Position numbers and translations under genes: made by a program. A stretch of DNA of 64,000 bases from Azolla caroliniana (lineage: Eukaryota > Plantae > Polypodiophyta). Of the stretch, positions 38,770-51,192 are shown one piece after another (position 1 is the first letter of the stretch; the number at the start of each line of letters is the position of its first letter). The notes beneath the pieces are model-generated. The model saw nothing but the letters and a program-made list of their open reading frames with translations. It made no database searches and was not told the origin of the DNA. The stretch spans positions 17,608,001 to 17,672,000 of the forward strand of contig JBHGNT010000004.1 of NCBI GenBank assembly GCA_043228905.1, written 5' to 3'.

Positions 38770-39993
38770 TCATCACTTCTGAATTGTAAATATCAATGAT
38801 GGAAAACATCAAACCATTTCAATATTGGTCGACCTCTACGTGTCCTGTTAACTATCTCTGTATTGATAAACCTCTGTTTGGTGTAAATTCAAATTCACTC
38901 TTCTGAACCTTAAACAGAGCCTTCATGACCTACTGATTACATTCTTACTTGACTAATTATATTCAAAAAATCAAGATAAACTGAATAGAAGAATTCTATA
39001 TGTATTCACAAATTTCAGAAAATTTAACTTTGATTCGAAAAGAAGACTTCAACAATTCCACAAAAGGGAAAAAAAATCCCAACTTCATCTAGAATAACAG
39101 GAAAGTTCAAGTGCTCCCTAAATCCGAGATTGTAAACTGGCAAGCAGATAATTAAAACAATTTCATGACTGCAGAAATATTATTGTGAGAATGCTAGTAC
39201 AATACAATACTAGTACAATGCCGTTATAAGTAGAATTCAATTTCCACCCAATTTGCCAGCCACAAAAGGTCGTCATTATTGGGTTATAGGTTTGGTAAGA
39301 TTAATCTTCATTCCATTTTGGTCAAAACTAGATTGGCACCTCTAGTGGACTTTGCGTATGGTTAATAATCTTCAGTCTCACCATCCAATTCAATTTGCAG
39401 GCAAGTAAACTAAGCATAAATTCAATTGATTCATATGTCTAAAAATTGTGGTGTGGAGATCCCAATCTTGTCTGGAAAATGGAGCATGCGTGTATAATTG
39501 GTTGGGGCATAATGAGTGCTGAAACTAGGGTATGTTTGCACCAAAAAGATAGGCAAGTATGCAATGATTCACACATGGATATATGTATAATGCATACGCA
39601 TTCATCAATAATGAATGAAGACATGTACTTATATTTGTACTCTGGATACGTAATGCATACACACATCCATCAAAAATGAATGAAGACACACATACACATG
39701 TACTTGTATCTGTATTTGTACGCATGGCATGCATGTAGCAATAATATATGCGTTGATCCATGCAAGCCTTCTCCCTCTATCTATGTCTGTGTATGTATAT
39801 ATATATATATATATATATGGCATAATCACACGTCCTTACATACATAATTCTATATGCATAGCACATGCAGACATATGTAGATCGGCAAATAAATGTTCAC
39901 GCTTACATAGCGAATCAGTAACACGCTTCAAAGCAAAATATACGTGATGTAAAATAAAATAATTCAGTCATTCCTGCAAAATAAAAGGAAAAG

Positions 39994-40066
39994 TGGAGAT
40001 GACGGGCATCGATCCCGTTACCTATCGCATGCGAAGCGATCGCTCTACCATTTGAGCTACATCCCC
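39994..40066 (-). tRNA. tRNA-Ala(CGC)
   Basis: GGGGATG TA GCTC AAATGGTA GAGC G ATCGC TTCGCAT GCGAT AGGTA ACGGG ATCGATG CCCGT CATCTCC A; full cloverleaf, G3:U70 pair, downstream TTTT terminator. Confidence 0.95.
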
Positions 40067-40248
40067 TTTGCATGAAACTTAATCACACTTATAAAACATA
40101 ATAACACTTATATTTATCTCCTCCTTCACACCAATCATACACCTTATGCTTTTTCTCCTTCATGCACTACTAGATCACAATCCCAAAAAAGTGGACAACC
40201 TTACAAAATAAGTTACAGTTGTATGGCCTTAAGTTCATTCGATCTAAC

Positions 40249-40772
40249 AATGGATTAGGCTTTAATCTAGAGAATTCGTTCCATCCAAAAATGGATTAGG
40301 CTTTAATATGGAGAATTCATTCCATCCAAGAATGGATTAGGCTTTAATGTGGAGAATTTGTTCCATCCAAGAATGGATTAGGCTTTAATCTAGAGAATTC
40401 GTTCCATCCAAGAATGGATTGGGTTTTAATCTAGAGAGTTCACTCCATCTAGCAATGGATTGGGTTTTAATCTAGAGAGTTCACTCCATCTAGCAATGGA
40501 TTGGGTTTTAATCTAGAGAGTTCACTCCATCTAGCAATGGATTAGGTTTTGATCTGGAGAGTTTGTTCAATCTAGAAATGTAATAGGTTTTGATCTGGAT
40601 AGTTTGTTCAATCTAGCAATGTATTAGGTTTTAATCTAGAGAGTTCAATTAGTCTAACAATGGATTAGGTTCTAATCTAGATAATTCAATCAGTCTAGCA
40701 ATGGATTCAGTTCTAATCTAGAGAATTCAATCAGCCTAGCAATGGTTAGGTTCTAATCTAGAGAGTCCATTC
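40249..40772. repeat. 41-bp minisatellite, ~13 copies
   Basis: Unit aatggattaggctttaatctagagaattcgttccatccaag starting at 40249, 40290, 40331 and onward. Confidence 0.92.
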
Positions 40773-41364
40773 CACAAGTATTGAAAGAATCAATTATGCC
40801 ATAAATGGGCCTAGTATTAATTAGCTCATCACCAACCCTCCAATGGGGCATCCATGTACTTCCATCGTCTACAGATTAACTGTCTGGCATGTCACATTAC
40901 CTAGCGGTATGTGACATGAGGGTTCCATGCCACGTGATAGACCTCTTGCTTGTGGGTGCCAATGGATCAAGACCCTATAGCAAGCGCCTCACGACCTCTA
41001 ATCACTTCAGAAATAATTATTTTTACTCAGTTAAACTCTTAGAATTGGTATAAAATCTAGAGCTTACACCTATTTTCAAATTGAATTCATTTTGAAGAAT
41101 GTTTTAATTATATCAATACAATTTGATGAGCTGTAAATGGGGATATTGTCTTCAAGCAGAAAGACAATGATTGACAATGATTTCCCCAAGGTTTCAGAAA
41201 TGGTTGGAATAAGGATGGGCAAAGTTTACAATTTAAAGAATAAGATCATACTATACATACTATTTAAGTTTTGGAGACTCCATATGGATCCAGCAACTGC
41301 CTACCACTAGAACAAGAATTGGTTATATGTACATTAGGTATACACTGTGTATCCTTGATCATTA

Positions 41365-44300
41365 TTAGAATACTGCTATTTTTGACAGCCCAACTGTAGA
41401 TGGTTTTGGCCTTGACTTATGGACTTCTTGCATAGAGCATGCATCATACATCCGCATCAGCTTTTCTCTATAGTCATCAAGAGACTTTCTTGGCACAAAC
41501 TCGACAAGATCACCCATCTGGAGTTTTTGATGAATGTCTACCACTTCTTTGTGGTTAACCTTAGACCCCCCCCCATCATCCCAAAAGCTCTGATCAATTG
41601 TTTTTGAAAAAGAACCTTCTCCGATGATTCTCTCAAGAAGATCCGCAACTGTGGAGCTTCCAGGCATCTCCTGAACTCTCATCTGATTCAAGAGAAAAGT
41701 CAAAACATGCATTCAAGACAAATAAACAAACTGCATCAAGTCAACAAAGACAAACACGCATTTCTATACAAAGTCAAAAGTCAACCACATTCAAGAAACA
41801 TGCATTCAAGACAAATAAACAAACTGTATCAAGTCAACAAAGACAAACACGTCTTTCTATACAAAGTCAAAAGTCAACCACATTCGAGATAATAAAATGC
41901 AGAGCATATCGAACCTAAGAAAATATCAACACTATCAATTTTATCAAACCTAAGAAAAACCTAATGAAGAACTTAAACAAACCAATATGATTAGCCTACA
42001 TAGCATCATAGATATTGTAAAAGTCATATTTCTTGAATGCACAGCTAATGGTGAGGGTATTCTTTAACCCAAGCCAGACCTTTAGCTTGCCATACAATGC
42101 ATAAATGCACATATCGTGGGGGTACCTTAAGATAACATAAGATGTAGCCTGGGGCAGAAAAATACTTCTGTTCTGCGGATTAACCTTGGTTACATCCTAA
42201 CCTTCTTAGCCATAAATACACCAAATGTGAGAATGACTTAAAATGATCTAGGAAGCAACCAGGGCTATGTGCTACTTAATTTATGCATACTGACCTCCAA
42301 TTAAGTTATAACATTAACAGAGTTCACATCACGCTAAACTAGGGAAAAATCTTAGCAACTCTAGTTTACCTCCAACCATACGCAATGCAGATGCAATAAA
42401 TCCATACATAATGATCAAACAAGAATAGACATTTTACCTTATCTTTCTCCACCACAATAACAAAAAGAGGATTGTCTTCCTCGTATGGTGGCCCATATGA
42501 GAGGTCCCGATATGGGCATGTTTCATCATGGAATGGGAAGGAGCAAGGATGCCTTATATCCACCTCCCCTCGTGATAGCCTCAATTTCGTGTCCATGATC
42601 TCATTTTGCCAAGACAAAATCCATCGTGCCCACTCAACCATTTGGAGAACAAATGAAGAATAAGGGACATCTCCCTCCTTGTACCTCCAATGTGCTGCAA
42701 CCCCAAACTCTGCTTGCTGGTGCATTTCCATGGTTCTTATCTGAATTTCCAACGGGCGGCCATCCTCACCCCAAACCACAGTATGAAGGGACTTGTACCT
42801 ACACAACATAAAATGAAAATATGATTGACACATTCGTTGAGATCAATAACAAGTTAAATATAATATTCTAGCATTTAGAAGCATAGCATCTATCATTGAA
42901 TAGTACACATAACTAGAACATATCTAGTTTTGCTAAGGTATATGGTGCTTATTATTAGATCACATGTAATCATGATTATCTATATGGTACTTACTATGAC
43001 ATCACACAGAATTATGCTTACCCATTAGGTTTCGGCTCGCTAATGTAGTCTTTTTGTTTTCCCGGAATATGGGGCCAGGTCTGATGGACAACATCCAAGG
43101 CAGCATAGCAATCCGCTGCATCTGGTACGATTACGCGTAAACCTTGGGCATCGTATATTTCTTCAATCTTCCTCCCTTTTCTGCAAGAGAAGGTCATTAT
43201 ACATATATATCGACATGAAGTAATAGTATTGTTTTCACATTAACACCATCAAAAGAATATTGCCAAGTTTTCAGACTTACCGAATCATCTTTTTGTGAAT
43301 ACTATAAAGATTTTTTGGTCGCCCACACAGATCTAGGTACTCCACCTCATTGGCAAGCAACGCTTCATCTAAGGTTTCTATTGCAGACATTACGATTCTC
43401 TCTCGAGATTCTTCCGCCAGTTTTTTTGACAATTTCCTATAAGTATTATATTCGAGATGTTTGAAACACAAGTCTTCAATTTCAGCCTTCCAACTCCAGA
43501 TGCCTAGTCTCCCCACAAGGGGCACAAACACTTCTAAAGTTTCTTTAGCAATTCGGTCTCTTTTATCTTTTCGGAGAGCTCCTAAGGTTCGCATGTTATG
43601 TAATCTATCAGCTAGCTTGATAAGAACAACCCGAACATCCACCATTGCAAGCATCATGGTGTGCAATCGATCTGCTTCCACAGACTTGTATGCTGTATTA
43701 TTATCTCGGGCTAGTTTGCTGAATTCGCTTAATCTCGTGACCTATCAACAATATTGTTAAAAAGATATCTTAAGTCAACAATGTGAAGAAGAAACCAATA
43801 AAGGAAGTTTAGAAACAAATGGGTATAATACATGACAAAGAACAACTACTTTGCCCCTTAATCTTATAGAAATGCTAACCATGAGACATTAAAAAAAGAC
43901 GAGCAGTAGTACCCCTTTTACAAGGTTTGCAACTTCAGATCCAAATCGAGATTCGAGTTGAGAAAATTCAATAGAAGAGTCATCTATTGTATCATGAAGC
44001 AATCCTGCCGCTATTACAACTTTGTTGGCACCAATTGTAGCCAATATCTTTGCTGTTTCCAGGCAATGAACAAGGTAGGGATCTCCATTGGCTCGAAACT
44101 ATTCATAAAACCAATATGAGATTTGCATAAGTTTGCCAAAATCTGTAAAAGTTATTATTGCAAATTGTCTCGCCTAGCAAAAAGGGCTAGGATTACATCC
44201 AGTATTATTCAAAAAACGTAGGCACATAATTAAGTGCAAATTTCCAGAAAGCATGAGGATGCCCAATTTTATGAAAGCTATACACAATTAGTGTAAGCTT

Positions 44301-45210
44301 TCATAAAGAGAAAGGACTAGGAATACAGTCAATTAGATGAAACTTATCCACATAGCTAGGACAAAAGGGCTATACAATATATTTGACCTAATGGAAAATG
44401 TATGCACACAACTAATGCAAACAATTCAAAGTTTTAAAGAATCAAACAATGTCTTCGCATATATATACTTACTTGGCCACTATGAGCTTGAGAAGCTTCT
44501 TCAAAAGCTTGAATTACAAGAGGATCATTGAAGATTTCATTTTCCTGCTGAGCAATCTTCAGCATCTCATCATCACTCACTCCGCGAAGAAGAAACCCCT
44601 CAGGAATCAGTGGTTTACAAAAGAATTCTGAAAGTGAAGAACAAGATGTCTTAGAGAGACGAGGTGTCTCTATCTCTTCGTTATTAACATAGTATAGATC
44701 TAAATGCAACCCTTCTTCGGCATCCTCTTCTTCTTTGGCTTCGTGTTTAGGCCTGGGAGGGCATTTGATAGAGGTCTTATTGGTAGGGCTAGTTCTAGAT
44801 ATATTATCTCTGAGGAGTTTTAGAGAAGAAGAAAAATGGGTCTCGGAATATCCAGCATCAACAGTTGTAGGTGTTTTCGAATTATGATTATCCACAATCA
44901 GGTTGCGTAGATCCGTGTAGGAAGAAGATCTTCTTGAGAAGGAGCTTACTGAATCTATGGCTATGGTGGATGCATCGGAAGGGGAAGAAGAAGGATGTTT
45001 ACTAAACAAGGAAGAGAGGCCTCCTATAATTGGCCTTGTGACGTGGTAAGGTCTAGGATTGAAATCTATGCTTTCGTGCACAGAGGCAGATGAAGAAGAT
45101 GATGACGCTGAAGCAGAAAATGAAGAAGAAGAAGAAGAAGAAGAAGAGAATGAAGGCGGAGGAGGAGGAGGAGATGTGGAGTACAGCGAGGCAGCAGTGG
45201 CTATGAACAT
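41365..45210 (-). CDS. RSH: RelA/SpoT homolog, RSH2/RSH3-type (p)ppGpp synthetase/hydrolase (exons 45210-44473, 44098-43913, 43741-43281, 43180-43022, 42798-42438, 41682-41365)
   Basis: HSGQ|[22 protein letters not shown] (HD), [68 protein letters not shown]; C-terminal TGS-like segment; Ser-rich N-terminus. Confidence 0.95.
41703..41888. repeat. 93-bp tandem duplication in the last RSH intron
   Basis: aaacatgcattcaagacaaataaacaaactg...aagtcaaccacattc at 41703 and 41796. Confidence 0.88.
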
Positions 45211-45353
45211 CGCAAGTCAAGAAAGGAAGGGTTATCAGATGGGGGGGGGGGGGGGGGGGGGGGGGGGGAGCAGAAGTAGAGCAAAACAGAAGAAATGGTT
45301 GGATTTGCAGAAACAGAGGAAAAGGGCAGGCAGAGGGAACAGGGGTATGTAGC

Positions 45354-45570
45354 TATGGCGGGGAGAAGAAGAAGAAGAAGAACAGAGCAGAGCAGAGGAA
45401 TGTTAGGAAGAAGAAGAAGAAGAAGAAGAAGAAGAGAAGGATGGAATGAATACTAATAATAATGTAATGCTGAAAGAAGAAGAAGAAGAAGAAGAAGAAG
45501 AAGAAGAAGAAAAAGGGGGAAAAAAGGAAGGAGGAGCAACTTGCAAAGCAAAGAAAGAGAGAAGAAGAGA
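45354..45570. repeat. (GAA)n microsatellites upstream of RSH
   Basis: Directly visible; reads as a CTT-rich leader on the RSH strand. Confidence 0.85.
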
Positions 45571-48500
45571 AAGTGGTGTGGAATTGGTTCACTCACATTC
45601 ATTCATTCATTCTCTTACATATCTCATCATTGGTAGTAGACTGTAGTAGTATATTATGTATGTATTATGTATATGTACATATGTATATGCCTTTCCTTCT
45701 ATTACATTATACATATGTATCTCATTGGTAGTATGTACATATGTGTATGTATTCCTTTCGTTCACACACACACAACACACGGTAGATTGTGTCAAACGAA
45801 TACTTCACGTGGGGGGCGAGAGGCCTTTTTATGACCTCCTTCCTTCCGTCCTTTCCACGACTTGGCCTCTCTCTCATCATGTCGTTCTCATCCCATCTAT
45901 CCTACGCACCCACATTTGTCATCGCCCCCCCCCCCCCCCCCCCCTCTCTCTCTCGTCAAACATGTGAAACAACATATGACGTCGTTTTGTCTACACAGAA
46001 GGGCTTTCTACCCATTATGATTTACAAACTACATACCACATGAGCATAAATTAGAAAGGACAATGGGGACAGAGATATCAGTGGTGACTCTGAGCGCTCA
46101 AAACACCTACGCTAAAAAGGACCACCGTTGGGGATCGCCTTGAAGCAACCATGCCCAAAAGGACAAAGCACGCGTCTTCGTCCATAGTGTTCCATATGTT
46201 TATGTAAATGCCACATTTGCAGTCTATAGACAACAAAACATGCTCTATTACCTCTGTGTGATTGTGTGTGTGTGTGTGTGTTAATCCCATCATCCACCAA
46301 TAGCAACCCTCTTTGCCATTTATGAATGGACTCGATGCATCAAACCTAAAACCAAAGCTAGTTGCCTTGGATCCTCTATAGCCAACTTGTTCCTAACCAA
46401 GAAAGCTACTTTGTTTGCTTCACCACCATGGCATGATATCAATGGGTCACAAGTTACAACCATATAAATGTCTTCTTATATATTGAATGTTGATGATAAG
46501 CAAGTAAAGACCGGATGAAGGAAAATAATGGTTTACGTCCTTAACCACAACAAAGACCTCGAAGTGAATGAAAAAAGACAAATACAAAACCCCAGTTCCA
46601 TCCCACACCATTGAATTTGGTCTTCTTATTATACTTTGGAGCTCAAATGCATATCCATCTAAAAGGATGAGAGTTTTGCCTCACCATTAGATTATTGGCA
46701 ATGTCAACGAGATGTTTGTAATGAAAGGGGTAGCTAATCCCCTTTGTATAACCAATTAACTATTGTGGCATTTGTTCTTGTATGTTTGTCTCAAGTCATG
46801 GGGTAACTAGTTGCATTATTATCCTACCCTAAAACCATTAAAATTGGCGTTTAGAATTTGTCCATAAGGTTATGTCAATAACTTGTCTTCCGAGAAAATG
46901 TTATCACACTAAAACATTACCAAGGTTTATAGGTCAACATATAACCATGTGAACTATAGAAAACTAGCAATTGTTTAGGTTCAATGTATATAGACGTAAG
47001 TCCCAAATGCCAAGAATTATGCATGCATGTGGATGACAACATATATGAGAGATCAAGTGAGTCTTTTTTTACCTTAAACACGAAGGCTACGTGTCTAGCT
47101 TGTATGTGGGGTCTCCTACTGTCCTTATTAACAACTATATTTGTATCCTTTATCGAAAGTTACATCTTTCATTGAGTGAACAATTTCAGATTGGTTCCAT
47201 GATTATGATACAACCAAAGTCCACTCGTGTGGTTGCGAGTTCCGATCACGTTCATTGCCAACATCAAAGTTTTTGATGATCAAACAATCTCATACTATTT
47301 GGATGTGACTAGGAGGTGATCCAGTCCACTTTGATTGTCGTGGGATGCACTGCCACTTTTCACACACCCCTACTTTTGCAAGACACTAAGCTTCCTATTA
47401 TTGGCAACTATTTGATAAGAAAGTTAATTAGGGTAGAGTTGCTAATTATTAGATTAGTTTGTAATTGCCAATTGTAAACATTGGCCTATGTATTGAGTAG
47501 CTAGACAATATTGAAAGCAAGAATGCACGCAGAAATGGACTTACAACAACAAATGTTTGCGTGTTTCAAGGTGAAGGCGAAGTGAAAATAGTGTAAACAA
47601 GAGCAAATCATGATAGTCAACTGACCCCGTTCCTCTATAGTCAACACATGTCCTCGAGAAATAATAACCCGCCAGACTAATGGCCCAACCCCTTAAAATA
47701 TAACGGGTCAAGATTCAGATGTAAATTATCCTCACTATCAAAAACACTATCTGTATTGTAACTATTTATGGTTTTATCCATGGTGGATCCATGATGTGTA
47801 TTTATTGTCACTACCTTGAAAGAAGATACAATCTTAAGGGGATTGTTTTAAAAAAGGTGTGCTCTTTAAAAATCAGAATAACCGAAATACCTTCTCCATG
47901 ATCTATCTCTCCCAATATGCAAATGCTTATATATGCATAGTTGATATTATTAGACTTGTTTTCTAGACATGGACTTTATTTTGGAAATTCATAAAAGATG
48001 TATGTTTATGATTCTCGGATATTAAAATTGTATGTGGTCTTTATCAAGCATGCTTTGTCAAAACATAATCTCATGAGTAGAGATTCTTCTCCCTTATATG
48101 TTCTAAGTTCTATATGTTGATTCACTCTCTTACATGTGTCATGAACAAAATTGAAACCTTCAACACAAAAAAGATTGCTGGTGATTTAGTTACCATATCC
48201 AATACATATCTTGTGAGACAATTAACAACCAATTGAACTAAACGAATGTTGTTGTAGACATAAAATGAGGGCATAACAAATCATTATTGAGTCACTCATC
48301 ATGAGATGTAAGTTCTTGTTTTAATTTGAATTTGAAATTTTGATGAAGGAAGGAGGTTAAGAATTCATGCTCCTTTGATGATGTTGGTAACAATTTGTAT
48401 CCCTCTCCCCTCCCTAGGCCATGAAGTAATACTTGCACTCCGATACATTGCAAACATAACAACCCTTTCACAACCTCTGAGATATATGTTAAGTCGTCCC

Positions 48501-49958
48501 TTGAAACACATCATGTGGCGTGCAAACAAAAAATCTAGCGATTGTTTGGCAATTATCTACAATAAATTCAATCATTGAAGATAATGAAAATGTTTAGTGG
48601 CATTTTTTTATAGTATATCAATGAAATTAGTTTTGGCATATTGCAAAACCATAAAGTTGGCTTGAGTGACGTTTATGAATAATGGGAATCTAGATGGGCA
48701 TTTTGGCAGGTTTCCCTTTTAGTTATAATTAGAACATTGCAACAAAAAATCTAATGAGAAGTCTCAACATTTTGTACAAAATGGACAATTTATTCCAGCC
48801 ACAATAAGACCTCGAGTCCAGAGCACAATGTGATGGATTGCCTCTTCTTTTGCAAATAAATCGATGAACTATGAATCAATGTATATATGGTGTAAGTTCA
48901 AACTATGCTTCTCAAAACAATAACATGCCTCTCTCACTCCAATTACCAATAAAACATATATATTGAAAAGTGTCAAACTATTTTTGATGAGATAAACAAA
49001 TGATTATTGATTATAAACCTTAGTAGGTGAAACTATTTATGCCTAAAAGATCGACTTGGCTTTGCGGTCACTTCTGAGCAATGTCTCTCAAAAGAATAGT
49101 AAAAGAGGTACTAGTCCTAAAAAACAACTAAGTTGTCATTTTGAAATATGGGTTTCACAAATAACCATATCAAACTAAGCTTATTTCAAACAATAGATTA
49201 TAATGTGTACCAATTGCAATGTTGTATAATAACACCTTTGGGATCATTGTCATCATATAATGCCAAGTTGGGATTAGTACGCCTACTAGTCATACATAAT
49301 TTCTTTAGGGAGGGAAGGAGATTGATTATTACAATATTGTGGAGCCAAAGATGACATATGGACCAATCTTCACTAGCGCGCGCGTGTGTAGTTGGCAATT
49401 GACTCTTGATGCTCAAGATTTGCACTAAGGAACATTGAGTTTGAAAGTGTGCACAATTATTATATTTTAATATTAGAAGGCAAGAAACATAGTTTGTGGG
49501 GCCGAATAAGAGCATTACAAGACAAGTGCCCAAAGATGCAAGGGGTGTGGGTGTGTAGCCACATATGGTGTAAAAAATTGCTTAAGTTGGTGCTCATTCG
49601 TATGTATGGAGAAAGCACATGTGCCAGAGAGCCGAGGCCCACGCCTTTGCTTTGTTGTGTGCAGCTCAAGGGAGTTTATTCGAGGTTACAAGCAATCCTA
49701 CAAACGACTGATGGTAGGAAGGAGGGATTGGCAATGTGAGGAGATGCATCCAATCCTCAATCTCACAACTAGGGAAGTGTAATATGGAGTATTGTGGGTT
49801 TCTCTACAAGCAAGTCCTTTGTAGACCTTCTCACTCCGATCGATTATGCATTAAGCTCCGACATAGCCCTTCCACATGGAACTCTCAGATAACTATGGCC
49901 AACGTTCGTCCTTGCTCGACAGGTAAGTCTTACAGTCAGATAACCTCATGAAAAGATG

Positions 49959-50191
49959 CCCAAATAAGCCAAGTAGAGAATCAGACGGACGAACGACTAC
50001 TTGGCGAGGGCAATATAAAGAGCTAATATCTCCCAAATGAATGAAGCCAATGGCTTTTGAAGCATCGCGAAAAGCCCGCCCAAATAAGCCAAGTAGAGAA
50101 ACGGACGGATGGATGGCCGACAACTTGGCTGGGGGCAATGTAAAGAGCTAATATCTCCCAAAGGAATGAAGCCAATGAATGGCTTTTGAAG
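49959..50191. repeat. ~120-bp direct repeat in the Yip1 upstream region
   Basis: cccaaataagccaagtagagaa...aaagagctaatatctcccaaa...ggcttttgaag at 49959 and 50079. Confidence 0.85.
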
Positions 50192-50267
50192 GGAGGGCCG
50201 GTCATGCCGGCAAAGAAAAAAAACTCCGGCGTAATGTGGGAGAGACAGAACCATCCCATCAAGCGGT

Positions 50268-50325
50268 TTTAGGGTTTCCATCACGCGGTTTAGGGTTTGC
50301 CACCATCTGCCCGGTTTTAGGGCTA
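50268..50325 (+). promoter_or_regulatory. Telo-box cluster (TAGGGTTT x2, plus one partial)
   Basis: ttttagggttt, gtttagggttt and ttttagggct within 60 bp, upstream of the Yip1 CDS; the telo-box is an established plant housekeeping-gene motif. Confidence 0.6.
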
Positions 50326-50439
50326 TGATCAAGATTGATCCCTGATCATTTATTAGAGCGTTTTTTTTTTCTTTTCGGGAGGTTTATTTGGGTATCTATC
50401 GTTCAACAAGAGGAAATTCCCGTTACCTGCAGGATTCCA

Positions 50440-51192
50440 ATGGGTTCACATGTGGAAATCCCCTTACCGGAACAGAAAAAGCCAGGCTTTCAACCCGTTC
50501 AACCTCCTCCGATGAGCAGCAGCAGCCCATTCATGTCAATCAATACAACCAATCTTCCTTTCGTCCCTTTCAATCTCAGCCACACTTCAGCATCATCCAC
50601 GTTTGGACACCATGGTGGACAAACACTCGGACAATTCCCACATACTGGCCTTTTTGAGGATGAGTCTCCTTTGCTTGATGAGCTGGGCATCAACACAGCC
50701 CACATCATGCAGAAGACATTGGCTATCCTGAACCCTATTCGGATGAACCTCCATATCCATGAAGATGGGGATCTTTCAGGTCCATCCCTCATCTTTATGC
50801 TTTTTGGGCTTTTTCAGTTGCTTTCAGGGAAGGTGCATTTCGGTATCATATTGGGATGGCTCTCCGTTGCATCAATTTTCCTTTACTTCATATTCAATAT
50901 GTTGGTCGGTTCGGACGGGCATGGGCGGGGACTCGAGCTTTATCGATGCTCCAGCTTCGTCGGGTATTCTCTTTTACCCATGGTGATGCTTTCTGCTTTT
51001 TCGCTTTTCATGCCGCGTGGTGGCAGCACGCCGGCTACTTTTCTACTCGCTTCTCTCGCTGTGATTTGGTGTACGCGCGCGTGTACGAGCTTGCTAATGA
51101 CGGTGGCGCCACATGCACGAGAACATAGAATCCTAGTTGCTTATGCCTGTGGTTTGATCTACACATCCTTCTCTCTTTTGGTTCTCTTTTAA
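50440..51192 (+). CDS. Yip1-family (YIPF5-like) integral membrane ER-Golgi trafficking protein
   Basis: FEDESPLLDELGIN, ILNP, DGDLSGP, LLSGKVHFG, GYSLLPMV, LVAYACGLIY; several TM segments; first ATG at 50440. Confidence 0.92.
   Translation: MGSHVEIPLPEQKKPGFQPVQPPPMSSSSPFMSINTTNLPFVPFNLSHTSASSTFGHHGGQTLGQFPHTGLFEDESPLLDELGINTAHIMQKTLAILNPIRMNLHIHEDGDLSGPSLIFMLFGLFQLLSGKVHFGIILGWLSVASIFLYFIFNMLVGSDGHGRGLELYRCSSFVGYSLLPMVMLSAFSLFMPRGGSTPATFLLASLAVIWCTRACTSLLMTVAPHAREHRILVAYACGLIYTSFSLLVLF

Noticed and set aside
40249-40772. CRISPR-like array
   Set aside because: Head-to-tail units with no unique spacers, in a eukaryotic context with no cas genes
45059-45646. Poly-E/G/F ORFs
   Set aside because: Antisense to the RSH N-terminus or translations of GAA and G microsatellites
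49440-49950. Possible degenerate LINE 3' remnant
   Set aside because: Only vague Cys/His spacing; no recognisable RT motif
50335-50439. N-terminal extension of the Yip1 ORF
   Set aside because: Begins at a non-ATG codon; T-rich with a cctgcag acceptor-like site, so probably UTR or intron
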